Positions 1-9,275 of a stretch of DNA of 50,883 nucleotides are shown here, piece after piece. The notes under the pieces were generated by a model. That model saw only the letters and a program-made list of their open reading frames with translations, was not told the origin of the DNA and did not search any database. The first letter of the stretch is position 1, and every line of letters begins with the position of its first letter. The translations under genes were made by a program, and so were the position numbers. The stretch is from Poseidonibacter sp. (lineage in GTDB: Bacteria > Campylobacterota > Campylobacteria > Campylobacterales > Arcobacteraceae): the NCBI GenBank assembly GCA_048267945.1, contig JBLWWO010000001.1, forward strand, positions 1 through 50,883. Reading direction: 5' to 3'.

Positions 1-275
1 TATATTTTTATATCTTCTGCTAAAATATTATTTTCATAAACTTGCCAAGATAGTATATTTTTATCTATTTGTATATCTAATTTTCTGTTTACAAATAAAG
101 CATATATTAAACCCATAGGATAAAGAAAAGTCACTAGAAATACTAAGAAGAACATAACTTTTAGTATTACATCATCAGAATGGTAAGCAATAAGTAAAAA
201 AACAAAAGAGACAGGAGTCATAAAGATTTTTAACCCATATTCTTTTGTTAATATATAAGATTTATTATCTCTCAC
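1..275 (-). CDS. Partial (runs off window start) hypothetical membrane protein
   Basis: Manual translation from GTG at 275 (AAGG upstream): VRDNKSYILTKEYGLKIFMTPVSFVFLLIAY...VMFFLVFLVTFLYPMGLIYALF..., open to the window edge with two hydrophobic segments; not in the ORF track. Confidence 0.6.
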   Translation of the reverse strand, partial: MRDNKSYILTKEYGLKIFMTPVSFVFLLIAYHSDDVILKVMFFLVFLVTFLYPMGLIYALFVNRKLDIQIDKNILSWQVYENNILAEDIKI

Positions 276-312
276 TTTACAACCTTCATTATTTAGGCTG
301 TTATTTTATCAT

Positions 313-1242
313 TTATTTTGCTAAAAACTCTTCAATATTATGTGCAACCATTGATATTAATCTAGTTCTAGCTTCTACACTTGCCCATCCAATATGTGGA
401 GTTAAAAGTAATCTATTTTTATTTTGCACTTTTAATAATGGATTTGATTCCTCAATTGGCTCAATATTTACAACATCAATACCACAATAAATCTCTTTTT
501 CATCTATTAGTTTTGATAAATCAGCTTCATTTATAATTCCACCACGACCAAGATTTAACAGTATTGCTCCATCTTTCATATTTTTCATGTTTTCATAATT
601 TAATAAATCTTTTGTTTGCTCATTTAATGGACAATGAATTGAGATAATATCACAAGTACTTAATAATTCATCAAGTTCAACTCTTTGGAATTCACTATTA
701 TTATTTCTTCCAGATGTTGAATAATATACTACTTCACAATCAAAGGCTTGTGCTCTTTTAGCAAAAGAAGAACCAATATCTCCTAGTCCTATTACCCCTA
801 CTCTTTTATTATCTAGTTCAAAAAATGGTTTATCAATATGAGTAAAAATCTCAGACTTTTGCCAATTACCTTGATCTACATAATTTTTATAATAGTTAAG
901 TTTTGAAACAAAATAAAAAATCATTGAAAATGCCACTTGAGATACAGAAGAACTAGAATACCCAGCTACATTTTTTACTTCAATTCCTTTTTCTTGTGCA
1001 TACTCTAAATCTACATTGTTTTTACCAGTTGCACTAATACAAATAAGTTTTAAATTTGAGTTTTCCATAACTTCTTTTGAAATCACAACTTTATTTGTGA
1101 TTACAATATCTGCATCTTTTACTCTATCTTTAGTTTCATTCTCTTTTGTAATATCAAAAACTTCCACTTCACCAAACTTATTAAAGATATCTACATTTAC
1201 ATCATTACCTAATGTTTTTCTATCTAAAATTACTATTTTCAT
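313..1242 (-). CDS. D-2-hydroxyacid dehydrogenase (glycerate dehydrogenase/hydroxypyruvate reductase-like)
   Basis: GVIGLGDIG Rossmann motif, IHCPL, NLGRG, TPHIGW catalytic His. Confidence 0.9.
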   Translation of the reverse strand: MKIVILDRKTLGNDVNVDIFNKFGEVEVFDITKENETKDRVKDADIVITNKVVISKEVMENSNLKLICISATGKNNVDLEYAQEKGIEVKNVAGYSSSSVSQVAFSMIFYFVSKLNYYKNYVDQGNWQKSEIFTHIDKPFFELDNKRVGVIGLGDIGSSFAKRAQAFDCEVVYYSTSGRNNNSEFQRVELDELLSTCDIISIHCPLNEQTKDLLNYENMKNMKDGAILLNLGRGGIINEADLSKLIDEKEIYCGIDVVNIEPIEESNPLLKVQNKNRLLLTPHIGWASVEARTRLISMVAHNIEEFLAK

Positions 1243-1251
1243 CTCTTTTCC

Positions 1252-1629
1252 TTAGCCTTTTATATATCTGTATTCTTGAGTTAAACCATCAAAGCCCCAA
1301 GAATCTCCCTCAATTTCATCAATTATAATATAACTTGCAGGTGTTATATCACCTAATATTTCTTTTAAATTTAAATATGTTTCTTTTATGTATTGCGCTT
1401 TTTGATTCTTTGTATTTGTACCTTTTGTGATTTTAATATCAACATTAAAGGTTTTTAAATTATCTTTATTTATATTCCAAGTATCAAAAGGAACAAATTC
1501 TACTAAAACAGAAGTTACTTCTGGCTTTTTATTTAAAATATTTGTCGTATTTTCTAATATAATATCAACTATTTTTTTTCTTAATTCATCACTTTGTTTA
1601 ACATTTGTTTTAACATTAATATATGGCAT
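1252..1629 (-). CDS. Tautomerase superfamily protein (fused two beta-alpha-beta 4-oxalocrotonate tautomerase-like)
   Basis: N-terminal Met-Pro (catalytic Pro1), KKPEVTSVLVE, GTNTKNQKA and WGFDGLTQ motifs, 125 aa. Confidence 0.85.
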   Translation of the reverse strand: MPYINVKTNVKQSDELRKKIVDIILENTTNILNKKPEVTSVLVEFVPFDTWNINKDNLKTFNVDIKITKGTNTKNQKAQYIKETYLNLKEILGDITPASYIIIDEIEGDSWGFDGLTQEYRYIKG

Positions 1630-1638
1630 AATTTTTCC

Positions 1639-2505
1639 TTAGTTTTTATTTATCAGCAAAATTCCAATTAATACTGAAGCAATTCCAATAAGCATTGTCA
1701 TATCGATATTTGTTCCAAATATAAGATAAGACATCACTGCTGCACAAACTGGCATCATATAAAACACAGATGATACCTTGGATACTTCACCTTTTTCTAT
1801 CATGATATACAATAAAGATAAAGCTCCAATACTAACCCCCACACTCATATACATTAATGCAATAAAAAAATCATTGTTAAATGTAATATTAATATCTTCA
1901 AAAAATAATAATAAGGGAGCTACTAATATTGTAGAAGATAGGGTTTGTATAGCTCCTCCTGAGTATAAGTTCATATTTGAGCAATACTTCTTTTGGTAAA
2001 TATTCCCAAAACTAAGTCCCAAAAGAGCCACAATAGAAAATACAATCCCAAAGGTTTGAGTACTTGAACCTCCAACTTTAGAAGAAACCACAAAAGCAAC
2101 TCCTAAAATACCTAAAAGTAAACCCATTAAAATCTTCATATTAAACTTCTCACCCAATAACTTCACAGCCAAAAAAGTCACAACTATTGGTTGAAGAGCA
2201 ATAATCAAAGCAGATAAAGATGCAGATATTCCAAATGATAGAGATAAAAATACCCCAATTGAAAATACTCCAACAGTTAATAACCCTGCAATACTAATAT
2301 GTATAAATTCTAATAATGTTTTAGGCCATTGTACTTTTAGTACACTTGCTATTATTAATAAAATAAAAAAAGCAATGAAGAATCTAAGTCCTAAAAAAGC
2401 CATAGGGCTAGAATTCTCCAATCCAAAAGCTGTAAATACAAATCCACTTCCATATAGAAATATAAATACTATAGGAAGGGCTAAAGTTTTCATTGAAAGT
2501 AACAT
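1639..2505 (-). CDS. DMT/EamA family transporter
   Basis: About 10 hydrophobic segments, two EamA-like repeats (SPMAFLGLRF, ALIIALQPI, GEVSKVSSVFY). Confidence 0.9.
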   Translation of the reverse strand: MLLSMKTLALPIVFIFLYGSGFVFTAFGLENSSPMAFLGLRFFIAFFILLIIASVLKVQWPKTLLEFIHISIAGLLTVGVFSIGVFLSLSFGISASLSALIIALQPIVVTFLAVKLLGEKFNMKILMGLLLGILGVAFVVSSKVGGSSTQTFGIVFSIVALLGLSFGNIYQKKYCSNMNLYSGGAIQTLSSTILVAPLLLFFEDINITFNNDFFIALMYMSVGVSIGALSLLYIMIEKGEVSKVSSVFYMMPVCAAVMSYLIFGTNIDMTMLIGIASVLIGILLINKN

Positions 2506-2513
2506 TTTATCTC

Positions 2514-2571
2514 CTTGACTATATGGTCAAGTTAAACTATAGCAAAATCTTGACTGATTAGTCAAGATTTT
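2514..2571. promoter_or_regulatory. Two CTTGAC-N6-GTCAAG palindromes, probable operators of the adjacent TetR
   Basis: CTTGAC-tatatg-GTCAAG at 2514-2531 and AAAATCTTGACT-gatt-AGTCAAGATTTT at 2544-2571, between tetR and the DMT gene, abutting its SD. Confidence 0.75.
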
Positions 2572-2586
2572 TAAATTGAAATTTTG

Positions 2587-3162
2587 TTATTTAGTTTTTA
2601 GTAGGTTTAGGTAATTATTAAGTTGTTCGATACATACGTCATAGTAGTGAGAATCAGAAGATTTTTTACTTGTAGTTAATCCACCTTGGATTGTTGCAAG
2701 AATGAACATTCCAACAGCTTTTGTATCTGTATCTTTTTTGATTTCACCAATTTCAACTGCTCTATCTAAAGCTTTTTGAAAAATTGCTTCAAATTTAAAA
2801 TATGATTTTTCAAGTGCAACTTTAAAATCATTATCTTGATTTGATAACTCATGAACAAGGTTATTTAACCTACATCCATAAATGAAATTATACAAAGGCT
2901 TATTTTTTAATACAGACATTATTGCTTCTATCATGTTTTCTTCACTTTCCAAAATAACACCGTATTTATTTTGGATATAGTCATCTACATGAACATCAAT
3001 AATTGCTAGAATCAGCTCTTTTTTTGACTTAAAAAAATGATACATACTTCCTTTATTCATTGAGGCTTTTTTTAATATCTTATCAACTGAAGTTGCATGA
3101 TAACCATTTTGGTATATCTCTTCAAATGCAACTTTTAAAAGTTTATCTTTTGATGAACTCAT
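2587..3162 (-). CDS. TetR/AcrR family transcriptional regulator (NemR/LmrA-like C-terminus)
   Basis: GYHATSVDKIL...KGSMYHFFKSKKEL HTH and GCRLNNL motif. Confidence 0.92.
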   Translation of the reverse strand: MSSSKDKLLKVAFEEIYQNGYHATSVDKILKKASMNKGSMYHFFKSKKELILAIIDVHVDDYIQNKYGVILESEENMIEAIMSVLKNKPLYNFIYGCRLNNLVHELSNQDNDFKVALEKSYFKFEAIFQKALDRAVEIGEIKKDTDTKAVGMFILATIQGGLTTSKKSSDSHYYDVCIEQLNNYLNLLKTK

Positions 3163-3164
3163 TA

Positions 3165-4142
3165 TTAGTTCCTTCTTTGCCCAGATTTTGGATCACTTAC
3201 TTCTTTTTGTAAATCAAGAGATAAGTTATGATAGAAAAGCTCTCCATAATCTGTAGTTCTATTAATTGTTTCATATGCTTGTTTTATATCATTATTGTAT
3301 TTTAATGCATCTTGTAAAATTTTTATAATTTTAACTGACTCTAAAAAGTTTACATGTGAAGGTGCTTCAATAGGTGAAGAGTAATACTTATGCATTCTCT
3401 CAACTAAGTTCTTATTTCTAATTTCAATAAATACTGACTCTATTGGAGATTTAAAGAAAAGAATCTTTTGTTTTACATTAATAGATATATATGTTGTTTC
3501 CATTCCATATATTTTTCTTGAGAAAGAATCAAATAAAAATAGTTTCTTATTATAGTTATTATTGAATAGCTCATATATAAGTTCTAAGATTTTTATTTTC
3601 TCTTCTTTAGTATAGAAGTTTCCAATACTTGCGAAACAGAAAGATAAAACAGACTTAATAGAGTACCATTCAGTTGTATCATAATCATATCTTAACATCT
3701 GATCAATTCTAGATTGTTTTAATTCTTCTATATCTTTTGATGTCTTAGTTCTGTACACTTCTTGTACGGCAGTGTCTCTATACATAGGTCCTGGAAATTG
3801 TGCTTGAATAACAAATCTTCTATTTTTTTCAATATCCATAATGTATTTTAGACGTCCATAATAGTCTTCATCTATAATTCTAACCTCTTTCTGAGGTATC
3901 TGTGTAATAGACTTAAGGAACTCTTCATCGGTACAACCCTCTTCCCAAACATAATCAGGATACCTAAATATATGACAAATTTTCTCTTTAATATCATTAC
4001 TAGGTTCTATATCTGTAACATTATCAATCCACGAAGTTACGGTTCTTCTGTCTTTATTGATTAGTGAGGCAAACTTAGATATACTTAAGTTCGATCTCTT
4101 AAAAATCTCTATAAACTTTTCTATTGAGTTTTTGTAAGTCAT
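3165..4142 (-). CDS. XRE-like HTH protein with large uncharacterised C-terminal domain; candidate regulator of the prp operon
   Basis: N-terminal LSISKFASLINKDRRTVTSW helix-turn-helix; divergent from prpB; stop lies 2 nt before the tetR start. Confidence 0.65.
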   Translation of the reverse strand: MTYKNSIEKFIEIFKRSNLSISKFASLINKDRRTVTSWIDNVTDIEPSNDIKEKICHIFRYPDYVWEEGCTDEEFLKSITQIPQKEVRIIDEDYYGRLKYIMDIEKNRRFVIQAQFPGPMYRDTAVQEVYRTKTSKDIEELKQSRIDQMLRYDYDTTEWYSIKSVLSFCFASIGNFYTKEEKIKILELIYELFNNNYNKKLFLFDSFSRKIYGMETTYISINVKQKILFFKSPIESVFIEIRNKNLVERMHKYYSSPIEAPSHVNFLESVKIIKILQDALKYNNDIKQAYETINRTTDYGELFYHNLSLDLQKEVSDPKSGQRRN

Positions 4143-4280
4143 TCTTTACCTTATAATTTACTTTATTCAAAATTGTACCATTTTAAAGCATAAGAACAGA
4201 TTTTGTACAAAATGATAATATCTATAAAAAAGTTGTAATTTCTTATACAAAAATCATACAACACCTCCATTCATTAATCA

Positions 4281-4288
4281 TGTATAAT
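4281..4288 (+). promoter_or_regulatory. sigma70 -10 element for prpB operon
   Basis: TATAAT at 4283-4288, about 30 nt upstream of the prpB start. Confidence 0.55.
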
Positions 4289-4316
4289 AGTAGTAATTTC
4301 AAATTAAAGGATGTGT

Positions 4317-5201
4317 ATGAGCGCAGGAAAAAAATTTAGAGAAGCTTTAAAAGAAGAATCTCCTTTACAAATCGTAGGAACTATCAATGCATACCAAGCA
4401 TTACAAGCTACTAAAGTAGGATACAAAGCAATTTACCTTTCAGGTGGAGGAATTGCAAATGCTTCATATGGTTTACCAGATTTAGGTATGACTATGATTG
4501 AAGATGTTTGTATTGACATTAGAAGAGTTACTTCTATCTGTGATACTCCTGTAATTGTAGATGCCGATACTGGTTGGGGACATGCATTTAATGTTGCTAG
4601 AACAGTAAAAGAATTTATTAGATCTGGAGCTGCTGGACTTCATATTGAAGATCAAGTTGCTGCAAAAAGATGTGGACACAGACCAAATAAAGAGTTAGTA
4701 ACTACTGAAGAAATGTGTGACAGAATTAGAGCTGCTGTTGACGCTAAAAACCAATTAGACCCAGATTTCTACATTATTGCTAGAACTGATGCACATGCAT
4801 CTGAAGGTCAAGAATCTGCAGTTGCAAGAGCTAAAGCATACGTTGAAGCTGGTGCAGATGCAATTTTCGCTGAAGCAGTTCACACATTAAAAGAATATAA
4901 AGAATTTACTGACCAAATGACAGTTCCAGTATTAGCAAACATTACTGAGTTCGGTGCAACTCCAATGTTTACTACTGAAGAATTAGGTTCAGTTGGTATT
5001 GAAATGGTACTTTACCCATTATCAGCATTTAGAGCAATGAATAAAGCTGCTTTACATGTATACCAAGAATTAAGAGACAAAGGTACTCAAGAAAGTACAT
5101 TAGATACGATGCAAACAAGAATGGAGCTTTACGATATGTTAGGTTACCATGATTATGAGCAAAAAATGGATTCATTATTTGCAGCAGGTAAATCGAAGTA
5201 A
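4317..5201 (+). CDS. prpB: 2-methylisocitrate lyase
   Basis: YLSGGG, DADTGWG and KRCGH motifs; AAGGA SD favours ATG at 4317. Confidence 0.96.
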   Translation: MSAGKKFREALKEESPLQIVGTINAYQALQATKVGYKAIYLSGGGIANASYGLPDLGMTMIEDVCIDIRRVTSICDTPVIVDADTGWGHAFNVARTVKEFIRSGAAGLHIEDQVAAKRCGHRPNKELVTTEEMCDRIRAAVDAKNQLDPDFYIIARTDAHASEGQESAVARAKAYVEAGADAIFAEAVHTLKEYKEFTDQMTVPVLANITEFGATPMFTTEELGSVGIEMVLYPLSAFRAMNKAALHVYQELRDKGTQESTLDTMQTRMELYDMLGYHDYEQKMDSLFAAGKSK

Positions 5202-5256
5202 TTTTACTTCGTTTACCAAATAAAACAGAATACATACATTTAACTAAGGAGAGAAT

Positions 5257-6366
5257 ATGAGTGGTTTAGCAGGTGTTACAGCTGGTTCTTCAGCAATTTG
5301 TACATGTGGATTAGGAAATGGTCTTAACTATAGAGGTTATGATATCGCAGATTTAGCTTTAAAAGCTGATTTTGAAGAGGTTGCGTACCTTTTACTAGTT
5401 GGTGAATTACCAAATAAAACTCAATTAGCAAAATTCCAAGCGGATATTATTGCAGGTAGAGACTTACCACAAAACTTAAAAGATATTTTAAAATCAATTC
5501 CAGCATCAGCACATCCAATGGATGTTATGAAAACTGCAACTTCAGCTTTAGGTTGTATGGAACCAGAAGCAGAAGATTTCTCTGATCAAATGGAAAAGAT
5601 TACTAGATTATTAGGTGCATTCCCATCATTCTTAGTTTACTGGCATCACTGGCATGTAAATGGAAAAGAAGTTGAATTAAAATCTGATGAAACTACAATT
5701 GCTGGTTACATCGTTGAAAGATTAAAAGAAAAAACTCCATTAGAAGTAGAAGTTAAAGCTATGAACGCAATGTTAACTTTATACGCTGAGCACGAGTTTA
5801 ATGCATCTACATTCGCAAACAGAATTACTGCATCTACTTTATCTGATATCTATTCTTGTATGACTACTGGAATTGGAACTTTAAAAGGTCACTTACATGG
5901 TGGAGCTAATGAAGTTGCAATTAAATTTGTACTTGGATTCACAGATGTAGATAATGCATTAACTTCAGTTGATGAATTATTCGCTAAAAAAGAAAAAATC
6001 ATGGGATTCGGACACAGAGTATATAGAGAAGTAGATCCAAGATCTCCTATCGGATTCGATTTAGCTGCAGAGTTAAAAGAATTACCAACTTCTGATCCTA
6101 AATTATTTGATATTGCTAAAGCAATTAGAGACAAAGTTAAAGCTGAAAAAGGTTTACCAGATAATATCGATTTCTTCGGTGGATTAATTTACCACTATAT
6201 GCAAATTGAAAGATTATATTATACTCCTTTATTCATTATGTCAAGAGCTGCTGGATGGGCTGCTCACGCATTTGAACAAAGAGCAAATAATAAAATCATC
6301 AGACCAAGTTCTGAGTACAATGGTGAAGAGCCAAGAGATTTCGTAGCTTTAGATAATAGAGCTTAA
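5257..6366 (+). CDS. prpC: 2-methylcitrate synthase
   Basis: LNYRGYDI, YAEHEFNASTF, LHGGANE and MGFGHRVY citrate synthase motifs, within the prp operon. Confidence 0.93.
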   Translation: MSGLAGVTAGSSAICTCGLGNGLNYRGYDIADLALKADFEEVAYLLLVGELPNKTQLAKFQADIIAGRDLPQNLKDILKSIPASAHPMDVMKTATSALGCMEPEAEDFSDQMEKITRLLGAFPSFLVYWHHWHVNGKEVELKSDETTIAGYIVERLKEKTPLEVEVKAMNAMLTLYAEHEFNASTFANRITASTLSDIYSCMTTGIGTLKGHLHGGANEVAIKFVLGFTDVDNALTSVDELFAKKEKIMGFGHRVYREVDPRSPIGFDLAAELKELPTSDPKLFDIAKAIRDKVKAEKGLPDNIDFFGGLIYHYMQIERLYYTPLFIMSRAAGWAAHAFEQRANNKIIRPSSEYNGEEPRDFVALDNRA

Positions 6367-6435
6367 TCTCTCCCTTTTGGGAAACACAAGAAACATAAAT
6401 ATAAAACATAAAAAAACTTACATAAAAAAATACGA

Positions 6436-6530
6436 CTTTTAGTTAGACTCAAAGATAATGAGCTAGCTAAAAGATGTGCTACTAGTGCTGCATTACAGTG
6501 GATACACAACTACAAATAACACTGGTGGCA
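6436..6530 (+). ncRNA. Candidate structured cis-RNA in prpC-acnD spacer
   Basis: Two stems with G-U pairs that work only on the + strand: 6436-6473, and 6477-6487 pairing with 6520-6530. Confidence 0.35.
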
Positions 6531-6564
6531 AAACAAATAAAATTACATAAAATGGATATAAAAT

Positions 6565-9159
6565 ATGACAAATGAAAAATATCTAAAAGAACTTGAAGGT
6601 TTTGATACTAGCTTTTATGATGTAAGAGCTGCAGTTGAAGACATTACTCCAGGATCTTTTGAAAAATTAAACTATACTTCAAGAGTATTAGCAGAAAACT
6701 TAATTAGAAAATGTCCAAGTGCTGATTTAAAAGATTCACTTGTACAATTAATTGAAAAAAGAACAGACAAAGATTTCCCTTGGTTCCCATCAAGAGTTAT
6801 TTGTCACGATATTTTAGGACTTACTGCATTTGTTGATTTAGCAGGTCTTAGAGAAGCAGTAGCTTCAAAAGGTGGAAACCCTGATAAAGTTAACCCAGTA
6901 GTTCCTACTCAGTTAATTGTTGACCACTCTTTAGCAGTAGAATGTGGTGGATTTGATCCAGATGCATTCCAAAAGAATAGAGATATTGAAGATAGAAGAA
7001 ATGCAGATAGATTCCACTTTATTAACTGGACTAAAGAAGCTTTCAATAATGTAGATGTTATTCCTCCAGGGAATGGTATTATGCACCAAATAAACTTAGA
7101 AAAAATGTCTCCAGTTGTACATAACGTTGATGGTATTGCATCTCCAGATACATTAGTTGGAACAGATTCTCATACTCCTCATGTTGATGCACTTGGTGTT
7201 ATCGCTGTTGGTGTTGGTGGATTAGAAGCTGAAAACGTAATGTTAGGTAACCCTTCATACATGAGAGTTCCTGAAATTATCGGTGTTGAAATCACTGGTG
7301 TTAGATCTGAAGGTATCACTGCGACTGATATTGCTTTAGCTATGACATCATTCTTAAGAGAAAACAACGTAATTTCTGCATACTTAGAGTTCTTCGGTTC
7401 AGGTATTCAATACCTTAACTTAGGTGATAGAGCTACTATTGCAAATATGACTCCTGAATATGGTGCATCTGCTGGTATGTTTGCTATTGATTCTCAAACT
7501 ATTGATTACTTAACTGTAACAGGTAGAGAGCCACAACAAGTTAAATTAGTTGAAGCATATGCTAAAGCAAATGGATTATGGGCTGACCAATTCGAAAATG
7601 CAACTTATGCTAGAACAATTGAATTTGATTTAGGTGCAGTTACAAGATCATTAGCAGGTCCATCTAAACCTCACAAATTAGTTCCAACTTCTACTTTAAA
7701 AGAAGAAGGTATTGTTAAAGAGTGGACTCAAGAAGGTGATTTAATTCCAGATGGTGGTATCTTAATTGCTGCAATTACATCTTGTACAAATACTTCAAAC
7801 CCTAGAAACGTTATTGCTGCTGGTTTATTAGCTAAGAAAGCAAATGAGCTTGGATTACAAAGAAAACCATGGGTTAAGTCTTCATTAGCACCAGGTTCAA
7901 AAGTAATTGAAGTTTATTTAAAAGAAGCTGGATTATTACCTGAAATGGAAAAATTAGGATTTGGTGTTGTTGGATTTGCTTGTACTACATGTAATGGTAT
8001 GTCAGGTGCTTTAGATCCAAAAATCCAAGAAGAAGTTGTTGAAAGAGATATCTACTCAACTGCTGTATTATCTGGAAACAGAAACTTCGATGGTAGAATT
8101 CACCCATACGTAAAAGAAGCATTCTTAGCATCTCCTGCATTAGTTATTGCATACGCATTAGCTGGTACTGTAAGATTTGATATTGAAAATGATGTTTTAG
8201 GACAAGATCAAAATGGTAACGATATTAAGTTAAAAGACTTATGGCCATCAGATGCTGAAATTAACGCTGTTGAAAAAGAGTGTGTTAGACCTGAAATGTA
8301 TAACGATATTTATGACCCAATGTTCGCTAGAGAAGCATTAGGTGATATTAAAATTGATCCATTCTATAGCTGGAATACAAACTCAACATATATTAACAAG
8401 CCTCCTTACTGGGAAGATGAATATATGCAAATGCCTGCATTAAAAGGTATGAGACCATTAGGTGTATTCCCAGATAATATTACAACGGATCACTTATCTC
8501 CTTCAAATGCAATTTTACCAAGTTCAGCTTCTGGGCAATATTGTTTAGAAAAAGGTCTTCCAGTTGAAGATTTAAACTCTTATGCAACACATAGAGGGGA
8601 TCACCATACTGCTTCAAGAGCAACATTAGCAAATCCAAAACTATTCAATGAAATGGTTAAAGATGAAAATGGTGAAACTAAACAAGGTTCATTAACTAAA
8701 ATCATGCCAGAAGGTACTGAATCTAGAATGTGGGAAGCTATTGAGACATACACTCAAAGAAAACAACCACTAATTATCGTAGCTGGTACTAACTATGGTC
8801 AAGGTTCGTCAAGAGACTGGGCTGCAAAAGGTGTTAGACTTGCAGGTGTTGAAGTATTAATTGCTGAATCTATTGAAAGAATTCACAGAACTAACTTAGT
8901 TGGAATGGGTGTATTACCATTACAATTCAAAGAAGGTGATACTAGACATACTTACGCTATTGATGGTTCTGAGACTTTCGATATCGAAGGTGAAATCACT
9001 CCTAGATGTGACTTAAATGTAGTTATGACTAGAGCAAATGGTGAAGTTGTTAAATTCCCTGTGTTATGTAGATTAGATACTTCTGCTGAAGTTGATGTTT
9101 ACACTAATGGTGGAATCTTACAAAAATTCGCTAAAGACGTTATTGCTGAAGGTAAATAG
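6565..9159 (+). CDS. acnD: Fe/S-dependent 2-methylisocitrate dehydratase
   Basis: AcnA-like 864 aa with ICHDILG, AAITSCTNTSN, FACTTCNGMSG and YGQGSSRDWAAKG; next to prpF. Confidence 0.95.
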   Translation: MTNEKYLKELEGFDTSFYDVRAAVEDITPGSFEKLNYTSRVLAENLIRKCPSADLKDSLVQLIEKRTDKDFPWFPSRVICHDILGLTAFVDLAGLREAVASKGGNPDKVNPVVPTQLIVDHSLAVECGGFDPDAFQKNRDIEDRRNADRFHFINWTKEAFNNVDVIPPGNGIMHQINLEKMSPVVHNVDGIASPDTLVGTDSHTPHVDALGVIAVGVGGLEAENVMLGNPSYMRVPEIIGVEITGVRSEGITATDIALAMTSFLRENNVISAYLEFFGSGIQYLNLGDRATIANMTPEYGASAGMFAIDSQTIDYLTVTGREPQQVKLVEAYAKANGLWADQFENATYARTIEFDLGAVTRSLAGPSKPHKLVPTSTLKEEGIVKEWTQEGDLIPDGGILIAAITSCTNTSNPRNVIAAGLLAKKANELGLQRKPWVKSSLAPGSKVIEVYLKEAGLLPEMEKLGFGVVGFACTTCNGMSGALDPKIQEEVVERDIYSTAVLSGNRNFDGRIHPYVKEAFLASPALVIAYALAGTVRFDIENDVLGQDQNGNDIKLKDLWPSDAEINAVEKECVRPEMYNDIYDPMFAREALGDIKIDPFYSWNTNSTYINKPPYWEDEYMQMPALKGMRPLGVFPDNITTDHLSPSNAILPSSASGQYCLEKGLPVEDLNSYATHRGDHHTASRATLANPKLFNEMVKDENGETKQGSLTKIMPEGTESRMWEAIETYTQRKQPLIIVAGTNYGQGSSRDWAAKGVRLAGVEVLIAESIERIHRTNLVGMGVLPLQFKEGDTRHTYAIDGSETFDIEGEITPRCDLNVVMTRANGEVVKFPVLCRLDTSAEVDVYTNGGILQKFAKDVIAEGK

Positions 9160-9240
9160 TCTTTATAAGATAAATATGTAAAGAAGAGTTTTCTCTTCTT
9201 TGCAATATTTATTAAAGAAATCATTGGATTTTTTTAATAA
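9160..9240 (+). terminator. Overlapping hairpins between acnD and prpF (partial terminator or stability element)
   Basis: GTAAAGAAGAG-tttt-CTCTTCTTTGC core at 9178-9203 with outer arms; second stem 9209-9240. Confidence 0.5.
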
Positions 9241-9275
9241 GTTTTAAACTCAAACATTAAAAAAGGAAACATAAT

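Noticed and set aside
6488-6506. Canonical iron-responsive element
   Set aside because: CAGTG is present but the 5-bp upper stem with bulged C is not; kept only as a weak note within the structured RNA finding
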